From the IMG/VR virus record IMGVR_UViG_3300028189_000002: a stretch of 35,726 bases of DNA; one strand, given 5' to 3'. How positions within the stretch are numbered: the first letter of the stretch is position 1; the number at the start of each line of letters is the position of its first letter. This DNA is from a virus. A program made the translations under genes and the position numbers. The notes below the pieces were generated by a model. It had not been told where the DNA came from. It saw nothing but the letters and a program-made list of their open reading frames with translations, and did no database searches. This document shows positions 23,202-31,284 of this stretch, one piece after another.

Positions 23202-23866
23202 TGTTTAAAAATTTAAAAATAGGTATGTGCGTACTTGCCTTTTCGATGTTTGCCTTTGCATCGACTTCATTTAGTGAAACTTGGCCTACGTTTCACAATG
23301 GCAACACGCTGATTAAAGGTAAGTTAAGGGTAACTGATCAGATTGTATTTACTGGTGGCCGAACAGTAATGAGCACGTTATTACCGGCAGATATTATTGA
23401 TGGAGCGTTGACATCACCGAACAGAACTATTACTGTTGGTAGCACTGGTAACGCATGGCAGTCGTTACAATTTGACGCGGATGGTGGGTCTACCGGCGAT
23501 GACCATATTATGTTCGCATGGGCTGTGCCTGATGGCTATGTGGCTGATTCTGGTAGAATGAATATATTCTGGTCCTGTGAATCTGCAGAAACCGCTCTCG
23601 ATACTGTCACATTCGATATGACGGTATTATCAATTACTGATTCAGAAACCGTTGATGCCGCTCCTACTGCATTTACCGCAGTAGAAGATATTACTTGGTC
23701 GGGTGAGGCAGATAAGGTTCAAATTACTCAATTGAATTTTGAAGTAACCACTATTGCTATTGACGATAATGTTTACTTTGATTTATGGGTAGATGAATCG
23801 GCTTCAATGTTTACTGATACTGTTGATATTCACGCTATAAAAATGGAATGGGAATCAACAGAGTAA
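23201..23866 (+). CDS. hypothetical protein with a Sec-type signal peptide (221 aa)
   Basis: MFKNLKIGMCVLAFSMFAFA|STS has n/h/c regions with A-F-A. TAATG junction with the upstream gene. Confidence 0.6.
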   Translation: MFKNLKIGMCVLAFSMFAFASTSFSETWPTFHNGNTLIKGKLRVTDQIVFTGGRTVMSTLLPADIIDGALTSPNRTITVGSTGNAWQSLQFDADGGSTGDDHIMFAWAVPDGYVADSGRMNIFWSCESAETALDTVTFDMTVLSITDSETVDAAPTAFTAVEDITWSGEADKVQITQLNFEVTTIAIDDNVYFDLWVDESASMFTDTVDIHAIKMEWESTE

Positions 23867-24999
23867 TATTTTATATATTAATATCTACGGTTTGCGCTGT
23901 GCTTGGATCTGTTTCTTTGTGGATCTCAGATACAACATTTGACAGCCCTAAATTACTGTTGATGTTTACAGGCGTTTCAATCGCTTGTATATTGTGGGCC
24001 GTAAAAGGATTCAAAGAAGGTTTTTTCAGGAAGACAAGTGGTGTTAATCTTGCGATTGGTACTTATTTGTCTTCCTGTATGCTTTCTTGCTTCTTCGGTA
24101 TGAATTGGGTTACTTCTTTTTTCGGTGCATATAAGCAACATGGTGGTGTTCTGGATTTAATAGCTTACCTGGCGTTGTTTTATTTGTCAGTGAATTATAT
24201 AAATAAGAATAATATCAGAATCGCCTTTCGCTTTTTAATTATTGCCGGGATTTACTGTTGCGTGCTTGGGGTAGGTCAGAAATTAGGAATAAGCAGATAT
24301 GTTTCACTCCCTATGTGGGGCCGGGTTTATTCAACATTCGGCCAGCCGGTTTTCTTCGGGTGTTTTATTGCAATGATGATACCGATAATTTTATATGAAA
24401 TGAATAGAACTATGAATATTTGGTTATTACCTGTATTGATTTTATTTGTTTTCTGCTTGTTTATTGCACAGGCAAGGTCCGGGTTAATCGCAACTATCTT
24501 GGTTTCTATTCCTCTGATGTATATGTATAGGGGTAATAAATTGTTTATGATTACCGTTTTATCCTTATTTATTATTGTTTTAATCTCGGGGATATTTATA
24601 AGTGCGAATACTCACGGAATTGTTAATCTATATTCTCGGTTTACTCACCATAATGACTATGCTCCTAGATTGAGCTTATATGCTGGTGGCTGGGGAGCGA
24701 TTAAAGCCTATCCATTTTTTGGTGTTGGGCTTGACAATGTAAGACCACACAATATATTTATAGGTCAATGTGCTAAGTTGGGCATAGTTGGCTTTTTATC
24801 ATTTATGTATCTTGGGTATTCAGTAATAAGAAGTTTTATATTTTCTGAATATCATGGTCTTAAATTATTCTATACATTGTTCGCCTCATGCTGTGCGTAT
24901 TTGATATTCCGCCAATTTAATCCCGGGTATATTCCGGTAACACTATTCTTCTCATTAATTGCCGGGTCGTTATATGGTATACAGAATAATAATAATTAA
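23848..24999 (+). CDS. O-antigen ligase/polymerase-family (Wzy_C) polytopic membrane protein
   Basis: About 10 TM segments. The conserved loop reads QARSGLIA..., RLSLYAGGWGAIKAYPFFGVGLDNV and PHNIFIGQCAKLGIVGFLSF, matching the RSG / R..w....P.fGvGl.n / HN.f....lGi.G pattern. Confidence 0.7.
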   Translation: MGINRVIFYILISTVCAVLGSVSLWISDTTFDSPKLLLMFTGVSIACILWAVKGFKEGFFRKTSGVNLAIGTYLSSCMLSCFFGMNWVTSFFGAYKQHGGVLDLIAYLALFYLSVNYINKNNIRIAFRFLIIAGIYCCVLGVGQKLGISRYVSLPMWGRVYSTFGQPVFFGCFIAMMIPIILYEMNRTMNIWLLPVLILFVFCLFIAQARSGLIATILVSIPLMYMYRGNKLFMITVLSLFIIVLISGIFISANTHGIVNLYSRFTHHNDYAPRLSLYAGGWGAIKAYPFFGVGLDNVRPHNIFIGQCAKLGIVGFLSFMYLGYSVIRSFIFSEYHGLKLFYTLFASCCAYLIFRQFNPGYIPVTLFFSLIAGSLYGIQNNNN

Positions 25000-25219
25000 T
25001 ATATGTGTTTGTTTAATAGTATTTTCCGGCTTCAGGTTTAAAGCTGATGCGGATATGCATACTGCGCGCAAATGGTTTGCTTCCAAGGATATAACAAACG
25101 CATTTATCTATACAAAAAAAGCAATAAAATATAATCCAACTGAACAAAAATATTATAAGAACTTAAGACAACTAGAACAATTTTATTTTGCTTTAACGAG
25201 TGAAACAGTAAAGAACTAA
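24974..25219 (+). CDS. TM-anchored TPR-like protein (81 aa)
   Basis: MVYRIIIINICVCLIVFSGF TM followed by ARKWFASKDITNAFIYTKKAIKYNPTEQKYYKNL (one TPR-like unit). It overlaps the Wzy_C gene end in another frame. Confidence 0.45.
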   Translation: MVYRIIIINICVCLIVFSGFRFKADADMHTARKWFASKDITNAFIYTKKAIKYNPTEQKYYKNLRQLEQFYFALTSETVKN

Positions 25220-25230
25220 GGAGAATTAAA

Positions 25231-25746
25231 ATGCCAAACTGGAAAAAGATTCTTTCACCGCGCATACTGCTGATGTCGATTGCCCTCTCACTCTCTATGT
25301 TGGCAGTATGCCCTTGCCCTTCTGATGCCCGTGATTCAAATGGAGTAACTGTGACTGATTTCACTACCGGTGCGGCTTATGGACTTCATATTGATCATTA
25401 TACTGCGTTTAATCCAACCTCTGCGACTTATATATATAATGAGGCTGGTGAGTCTGCCGCCGCTTCCGGCGAAGTTGACTTAACTGGACACTTTGGAAAA
25501 AAGACAGTTGCTATTTCCGTACCACAATTAGGATCTACAAGTTTAGATTTTAGGCTTGAAGGTCAAGTTGGTACAGCAATGACTACCTGGGGCTTGATTG
25601 AAACATTGACGATTGATGCAACTACCACAATTGACACCTTAATTGAAATATCTGAGTATATAACAGCATATAGACTTGGAGTTAAGGTGAATACCAACGG
25701 AACAGATGTAATTAACTGTAGCACTTCGGCTGTCAACGCAAGGTAA
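25231..25746 (+). CDS. hypothetical protein with a signal peptide (171 aa)
   Basis: MPNWKKILSPRILLMSIALSLSMLAVCPCPSDA|RD. AAGGAG SD. Confidence 0.6.
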   Translation: MPNWKKILSPRILLMSIALSLSMLAVCPCPSDARDSNGVTVTDFTTGAAYGLHIDHYTAFNPTSATYIYNEAGESAAASGEVDLTGHFGKKTVAISVPQLGSTSLDFRLEGQVGTAMTTWGLIETLTIDATTTIDTLIEISEYITAYRLGVKVNTNGTDVINCSTSAVNAR

Positions 25747-25765
25747 TTAATTATGGAGAGTTTGA

Positions 25766-26200
25766 ATGTCGCTTACAGATGCAGGATTAAGAAGATTACT
25801 TGTAGATCACACTCGCCATAAGCATTTCCTGGATTCATTGACCAGCAGGTATATTCTTGCAGTTGCAAATGTTGATGCAGATGGGGCAATTTTAACACCC
25901 TCTTTATCTTCGCCGCCTACTGCGTTTGAAATGACTGCGAATCTTACAGGCATAGGTGTTTCAGAGGTAGTCATACCAATAACAGCAACATCAACAAGAA
26001 GGTTAAGATTTAAAGGCCATAATGATAATGCTGGAAAACTGTATATTGGTACGACAGGTGTTCAGAATGACGGAACACTTGACTTTCTTGCTCTTGAATC
26101 CGGTGATGAATTAGAATTTGATTATAATATAGTTAGCGCGGATTTATATGTAATTGCTTCTGAGGTTAGTCAGATTTTAGAATATGGAGTTATGTTATAA
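25766..26200 (+). CDS. hypothetical protein (144 aa)
   Basis: Track ORF with GGAG 7 nt upstream. Confidence 0.6.
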   Translation: MSLTDAGLRRLLVDHTRHKHFLDSLTSRYILAVANVDADGAILTPSLSSPPTAFEMTANLTGIGVSEVVIPITATSTRRLRFKGHNDNAGKLYIGTTGVQNDGTLDFLALESGDELEFDYNIVSADLYVIASEVSQILEYGVML

Positions 26201-26613
26201 TGAAAAAGATATTATTAATACTGATATTTATATTATTCATAACTAATACTTCTTTTGCAAGTAGGCAAATCCGTGTTGGTTCCCGGATAAATAACAGCAC
26301 TCCCGATAGTTTATTATTTATCGATCTCAATAAAAGACTTGGAGAAGATAATACAAAATTATCATGGGATGATACGAATGATAGATTAACCACAGATAGT
26401 TTATTAATACAATCCTCAAACACTCCTTCAAGCGCAACAGATACCGGAATACAAGGCCAAATCGAATGGGATGGTAGTTATATATATGTATGCTCTGCCA
26501 CTAATACGTGGTTGCGAACTGCTTTGTCCACTTGGAGTGTCGGTGGTGCTTTACTGCTAGAAACAGGGTCTTATTTATTACTAGAAACAGGTAACAAACT
26601 ACTATTGGAGTAA
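26200..26613 (+). CDS. fibre-associated protein with a signal peptide and C-terminal LLLETG repeats (137 aa)
   Basis: MKKILLILIFILFITNTSFA|SRQ. The C-terminus reads GGALLLETGSYLLLETGNKLLLE. Confidence 0.6.
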   Translation: MKKILLILIFILFITNTSFASRQIRVGSRINNSTPDSLLFIDLNKRLGEDNTKLSWDDTNDRLTTDSLLIQSSNTPSSATDTGIQGQIEWDGSYIYVCSATNTWLRTALSTWSVGGALLLETGSYLLLETGNKLLLE

Positions 26614-26615
26614 CT

Positions 26616-29600
26616 ATGAAGAAACTATTAATTGTTTTATTGTTGATATTGTTTAGTGCTGATGTTTATGCACAAGATACAAAAGGTTCTGCTTTATCTG
26701 ATATATCAAGCCCAACTTCTGGTGATGATATGTATATTATTGACGATCCAGATGGAACGCCATTAAGTAAGAAAATAAATATTGGTGCTTTGCTTGGTGT
26801 TGCTACTGATTTAGATAGTGGTGGTGCTGTTTCTTCTAATGCAGTTGCATTGACTACCGATACCACTGGAAACTATGCGGCTGGTGATGCTGAAGCAGGG
26901 GCCGCGACAAATATACAAGATAATTTAATCCTTGCCGCAGATATGGCCGATGCAGATCATGGTGATGTTGCCTGGACCTCTAATGTTGCCGCTGTTGAGG
27001 GGGTTGCCGCCAATGCTGTTACACTTGGAACTGATACCACTGGAAATTACGCGGCTACGGTTGCGGATGCCGGTAATTCAACTATTACTGTAGCGAATTC
27101 TGGTGCCGAAACTGCCGCTATCACATTAGATTTAACCGCAAATGGTGTTGATGATACTCATATTGATTGGGGAACTGGCGCAAGTCAAGTTTCCCTTGAT
27201 GATATGACGGAAGGTACTTCTACAAATTACTATGTTCATAATGCTTGGAATGGTACGTTTAAAGAAGCGTTTGATGCTGATGTGACGAGTAATGGTTCTG
27301 TTGTTACGATGTCCATTGAGAAAACAGGTACAGGGGATTTGACCACACAATTTTCTTCTGGTATCGCTACCTATGATTGTACTCCTGCTGATACCATTGC
27401 TCTGACTGTGGGAAGTGATGCCTCACCGCAGGGTAATTGGATATACATTCTCCAATCAGCGCCATCTACACTCGTAAAATCAACGACAGCTTGGCCCGCA
27501 ACTGAACATATTAAGATAGGATTCTTTTTTGTGCAATCTGCGGCAACTGTTCAATCCGCTGGCGGCCCTATTATAAATCAAAACTGGAACAATGAACTAT
27601 TCACAACTGATAGCCAAGGCCATGTGTCTCATGTAGGCGAAAAGATAAGAGCGTTGGGGCCATCGTATTTTTCTGGAATCGATGGTAATGGCGCAACTGC
27701 AAGTTACTATACATTAGGGGCGAGTAATAGTGAGTTTATTTCAACTTCTGGTGTAATGTTTCAGATGCATAAGCAAACTTTCCCTGCTTTTGATACGTCA
27801 ACTGGAAGCACCATTCATGTTGTCAATTCTTCTGTAAGTGGATACCGGGCAATAACAGATTTGTTCAGTATAACAACTGATAGCACAGGTGCGACAATAA
27901 CAAATAATAAATATTTCAACCTTGTTCTATGGGGAGTGATAAATAAAACAGGAGAACATCAGGTAGTAATGTGTAATGTTCCTGGTGGCTTTTATAATTC
28001 ATCTGCTGATGCTCAAAACGATGTAAGTAGCTATGACGTATTTACAATTCCAAGAGAGTTTGCACTTGATAGCTCGAATGGTTTCTTGATATGTAGGACT
28101 ACGTTTCAGATGGGAACTACATGGTCCCATGTTGCTACTGTGGATTTAAGAGGTTCAACGCCACAATCAGCAACAGGTGGTGCGGCTGGCGTTGCGACTA
28201 CATTTGCTGATAATGTTTTTGATATATTCGATAACACTGATAATACAAAGGTGATGGCGTTTGATGTTGGAACAAATATAACTACAGGCACTACCAGAAC
28301 ACTAAAGCCTCTTGATAAGGATTACACTATTGGTGATTTACTTGCTGATGGTTCGGTTGCGCTTGCCGGTGCGTGGAGTATGGGTTCACAAGCAACCACT
28401 AATGTAAATATTGATACTGGTACAATCGCTGGCGCTGTGACAGGTACAACACAATCTGCTAGTGATAATTCAACAAAATTAGCGACAACCGCCTATGCGG
28501 ATGCGGCTGGTGGTGCATTTAGCGATGCATCAGATCCAATCGTACAAAACACAACAACTAAAGATACTGCGATTGGAACTACGCATAATAATACAGCTAA
28601 ATTAAGCGTTGATGGTGATGCAGACCAGATATTAGTTTCATTTCAAGGCAATGCAACTCAAACTTCTTCTTTGACTGTATGGGAACAATCTGATGGTACT
28701 GATTTAATTAAAATATCTAATTCGGGAGATATGGAGTTTGGCTCAAGTACGCATTTTTCAGAGGGGCAAATTACTCAAGATACAGGCCAACCTTTAGATA
28801 TTTCTCTTGGTTCGGCTACTGGTGATGATTTTACCATTGATACGAGTCGTTTGGTTGTCGCTGGCGATGATTTTGCTGTTGGCATTGGAACTGTGACTCC
28901 TAATAAAATTGCTACTTCTGGTTCGGTTATCACCATAGATTCTTCTCATACTGCAAATCAAATACCCTATGTGGAAATGGGCAAGGTTGAGGCACTTGTT
29001 GATACTGAAATAATTGGAAGTTTTTCTTGGTATGGCAATACTGGCCCTGAGCAGATGGCGTTTATTCGTGTTGATGCGGAGGGTACAGCAGGGGCGGCAG
29101 ACATGATAATAGGTGTGGGAAGTGGTGCGTCAGTTCCCACTCGGATGACTATTGACGGTACAAGCGGTCTTGTAAATGTTGTCAATGAATTTACAGCAGG
29201 AACAAAGACGTTTAAAATAGACCATCCTCTTGATCCTAATAATAAATTATTATATCACATGGCAATAGAAGGGCCGAGAATAGATTTAATATATAGAGGT
29301 AATGCCACTTTAGTTAATGGGAAAGCTACTGTTAATTTAGACATTGATTCTTGTGGTGGTGGAAATAGCATGATGGCCGGTACATTTGTAGCATTAACTC
29401 AAAATGCTGTTGTTACAAGTTTACACAACCAAGATGGGTTTTCCAGGGTAAAATCAAGTCCAGTTATTGGAGCGACTTTTGATATTGAATGTGAAGATAT
29501 TTTTTCTACTGATGTTGTTTCGTGGGTTGTGATGGCAGAAAGAAATGATCCGTTTGTAAGGGCTATGAGTAAGACAGATGCTAATGGCAGATTTATCCCT

Positions 29601-29792
29601 GAACATGATAAACCATTACCTGATATGTCACGATTAGAAACCGAGTATATTGATACGGATGATCCTTCTAGGGTTGGAGATGTTGTCGAAAGTGTCCAGA
29701 TGAATTCCAAGGGATATAAAATACATGCGTATGCCTATGGAGAAGAATTGCCTAAAAAAACAATTACAACAAGGCTACGGAAAAAGCCGTAG
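26616..29792 (+). CDS. tail fibre / receptor-binding-like protein with an N-terminal signal peptide (1058 aa)
   Basis: MKKLLIVLLLILFSADVYA|QD. Repeated TDTTGNYAA modules. SDNSTKLATTAYADAA fibre motif. C-terminal FKIDHPLDPNNKLLYHMAIEGPRIDLIYRG block, common in tail-fibre-domain proteins. Confidence 0.65.
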   Translation: MKKLLIVLLLILFSADVYAQDTKGSALSDISSPTSGDDMYIIDDPDGTPLSKKINIGALLGVATDLDSGGAVSSNAVALTTDTTGNYAAGDAEAGAATNIQDNLILAADMADADHGDVAWTSNVAAVEGVAANAVTLGTDTTGNYAATVADAGNSTITVANSGAETAAITLDLTANGVDDTHIDWGTGASQVSLDDMTEGTSTNYYVHNAWNGTFKEAFDADVTSNGSVVTMSIEKTGTGDLTTQFSSGIATYDCTPADTIALTVGSDASPQGNWIYILQSAPSTLVKSTTAWPATEHIKIGFFFVQSAATVQSAGGPIINQNWNNELFTTDSQGHVSHVGEKIRALGPSYFSGIDGNGATASYYTLGASNSEFISTSGVMFQMHKQTFPAFDTSTGSTIHVVNSSVSGYRAITDLFSITTDSTGATITNNKYFNLVLWGVINKTGEHQVVMCNVPGGFYNSSADAQNDVSSYDVFTIPREFALDSSNGFLICRTTFQMGTTWSHVATVDLRGSTPQSATGGAAGVATTFADNVFDIFDNTDNTKVMAFDVGTNITTGTTRTLKPLDKDYTIGDLLADGSVALAGAWSMGSQATTNVNIDTGTIAGAVTGTTQSASDNSTKLATTAYADAAGGAFSDASDPIVQNTTTKDTAIGTTHNNTAKLSVDGDADQILVSFQGNATQTSSLTVWEQSDGTDLIKISNSGDMEFGSSTHFSEGQITQDTGQPLDISLGSATGDDFTIDTSRLVVAGDDFAVGIGTVTPNKIATSGSVITIDSSHTANQIPYVEMGKVEALVDTEIIGSFSWYGNTGPEQMAFIRVDAEGTAGAADMIIGVGSGASVPTRMTIDGTSGLVNVVNEFTAGTKTFKIDHPLDPNNKLLYHMAIEGPRIDLIYRGNATLVNGKATVNLDIDSCGGGNSMMAGTFVALTQNAVVTSLHNQDGFSRVKSSPVIGATFDIECEDIFSTDVVSWVVMAERNDPFVRAMSKTDANGRFIPEHDKPLPDMSRLETEYIDTDDPSRVGDVVESVQMNSKGYKIHAYAYGEELPKKTITTRLRKKP

Positions 29793-29825
29793 TTAATGAT
29801 CCGAATTGGCCTTAATGGAGAAGAA

Positions 29826-30074
29826 ATGTCTATACAAAATTTAAGAGATTTTCAACGGCCTTATTTAACTATGCTATTTGCAACAAGTTATATAGCCTGT
29901 ATTATTATATTAATTTTGGCTGTGATCAAATGGTTCTTTGCGAATCCGGAAGATACGGATTTGTTAGAATTGGTGTCTGTCGTATTGGGTATTATAGGAT
30001 TAATAGGTACACCGCTTGGCGCGATCATGGGCTATCATTTTGCTAAATCAACTAAGAAGGACTCCTCTCCATGA
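29826..30074 (+). CDS. two-TMD small membrane protein (holin-like)
   Basis: Trimmed to ATG 29826, 5 nt after GGAG. Two hydrophobic helices and a charged C-terminus KSTKKDSSP. Confidence 0.45.
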   Translation: MSIQNLRDFQRPYLTMLFATSYIACIIILILAVIKWFFANPEDTDLLELVSVVLGIIGLIGTPLGAIMGYHFAKSTKKDSSP

Positions 30075-30334
30075 TAAAATTATTAATATTGATCATATGT
30101 TTACTGTTTTGCTCTGCTGGTTGTGCGCGTATCACCTGGAAGGAAGATGAATTCACTTATTCCCGATTAGGTAAGCAATCAATCGATGGGTTAGTGGTTG
30201 AAAAAGATAAATCCGGTGTTCTTAAAGTGAAAATAGGTAAACAGGTTGGTAGTTCAGGTGTAATGGCTAAAATATTAACTGATATTGCGAAAGTTTCTGC
30301 CGGTGCTACTGGTATGGAATTGATTGCTCATTAA
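30071..30334 (+). CDS. small lipoprotein (o-spanin-like position)
   Basis: MIKLLILIICLLFCSAG|C lipobox. ATGA overlap with the upstream gene. Confidence 0.5.
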   Translation: MIKLLILIICLLFCSAGCARITWKEDEFTYSRLGKQSIDGLVVEKDKSGVLKVKIGKQVGSSGVMAKILTDIAKVSAGATGMELIAH

Positions 30335-30336
30335 TA

Positions 30337-30633
30337 ATGAATAAAGAGTTAATAAAAGAAGCAATTAAGGAAACCTTTGAAGCTGAGATCAAGCCTTTTT
30401 ATGTTGAAAGGCAACAGCATTATGATGACCATCAAAAGTTACAGCGGTTAGATCATGTTGATATAGATTTTTTAGTTAATGCCCGGAAGTTTGTTGAAGC
30501 TATACGTGATACCTTTTGGAAGACTATATTTAGAGCGATTATACTTTTCTTCTTCTCTGTTTTAACTGGTGGCCTGATATTCTGGTATAAATATCACGAT
30601 AAAATACCGCCTGTACATAAGCACGGTCAGTAA
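30337..30633 (+). CDS. C-terminally anchored membrane protein (98 aa)
   Basis: Track ORF with TM IILFFFSVLTGGLIFWY near the C-terminus. It is the last gene of the + strand late operon. Confidence 0.5.
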   Translation: MNKELIKEAIKETFEAEIKPFYVERQQHYDDHQKLQRLDHVDIDFLVNARKFVEAIRDTFWKTIFRAIILFFFSVLTGGLIFWYKYHDKIPPVHKHGQ

Positions 30634-30711
30634 ATTTGTCATACATCTTGTACCCTCCCCCTTCTCCCTGTCTCATTTCACGAAAATAATCCAATTGTTT
30701 CAAAAATAAAA

Positions 30712-30741
30712 GTTGTGTATATGTTGTGTATGTGATATAAC
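30712..30741 (+). promoter_or_regulatory. Early promoter with an overlapping tandem direct-repeat operator
   Basis: GTTGTGTAT occurs twice (30712-30720 and 30723-30731), an 11-bp phase. TTGTGT (30713-30718), 17 nt, then TGa-TATAAC (30733-30741). Confidence 0.45.
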
Positions 30742-30780
30742 ACTCTCGTTATTTTAATTCACTAATAATTAATTAAAACT

Positions 30781-30936
30781 ATGAGTAAATTTAAGGTTGA
30801 AAAGAAGGAAAGGTTTAATGTTGCAATGAGGCCCTCTGTTCATAATAAGGCCCGGGATCATGCTAATAAAAAAGGCATGAGTTTGTCTGCATTTATTGAT
30901 TCTTTAATCGTATTGTTCTTTTGTAAGGATAAATAA
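30781..30936 (+). CDS. ribbon-helix-helix (CopG/Arc-like) transcriptional regulator (51 aa, below the track cutoff)
   Basis: Hand translation gives MSKFKVEKKERFNVAMRPSVHNKARDHANKKGMSLSAFIDSLIVLFFCKDK. It shows a beta-strand (RFNVAM), helix, G, helix (MSLSAFI) RHH layout. Confidence 0.6.
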   Translation: MSKFKVEKKERFNVAMRPSVHNKARDHANKKGMSLSAFIDSLIVLFFCKDK

Positions 30937-30937
30937 T

Positions 30938-31123
30938 ATGCCTATGACAGATACCGAACAGGTAAATGAATTCAGGATACACGCTTATGATCAATATCTT
31001 AAAGGTATGAATAAATCTGAATTGCTGGCTTACTTTAATGATATGAGTATGAAGGATATGATTGAGTGTGTTAAATTTACTTATGGGAATGATGGTAAGG
31101 ATGACGGAGTTTTTGAATACTAA
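30938..31123 (+). CDS. hypothetical protein (61 aa)
   Basis: Track ORF starting 2 nt after the RHH stop. Confidence 0.5.
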   Translation: MPMTDTEQVNEFRIHAYDQYLKGMNKSELLAYFNDMSMKDMIECVKFTYGNDGKDDGVFEY

Positions 31124-31128
31124 ATATT

Positions 31129-31281
31129 ATGGATGAATTAAACGAAAACATTAAAAGTATTGAAGATAGATTGAGGGCTCTTGAAACTGAAGAAAAGTAT
31201 TTATTGTATACTCTTGAGCTTCTATGTGAACTCCGTAAGGATATTTTATCCGGCAAGGTTGAACTACAAAGCAAAGACTAA
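31129..31281 (+). CDS. hypothetical coiled-coil protein (50 aa, below the track cutoff)
   Basis: Hand translation gives MDELNENIKSIEDRLRALETEEKYLLYTLELLCELRKDILSGKVELQSKD. It displaces the antisense ORF 31077..31274. Confidence 0.45.
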   Translation: MDELNENIKSIEDRLRALETEEKYLLYTLELLCELRKDILSGKVELQSKD

Positions 31282-31284
31282 ACT

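Noticed and set aside
26841-27070. Near-identical 26-nt repeat GATACCACTGGAAA(C/T)TA(T/C)GCGGCT (26859 and 27033) in the fibre gene, considered as a diversity-generating retroelement template/variable-region pair
   Set aside because: No reverse transcriptase, accessory variability gene or template-like non-coding copy exists in the genome. The repeats encode the same TDTTGNYAA module in frame, consistent with ordinary internal domain duplication.
30653-30669. 17-nt polypyrimidine tract CCCTCCCCCTTCTCCCT, partly complementary to the G-rich arm at 11003-11020
   Set aside because: It is a low-complexity purine/pyrimidine match needing a 3-nt bulge. With such composition the complementarity is easily a chance match. 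I noted it only as a possible H-DNA-forming tract at the late/early operon boundary.
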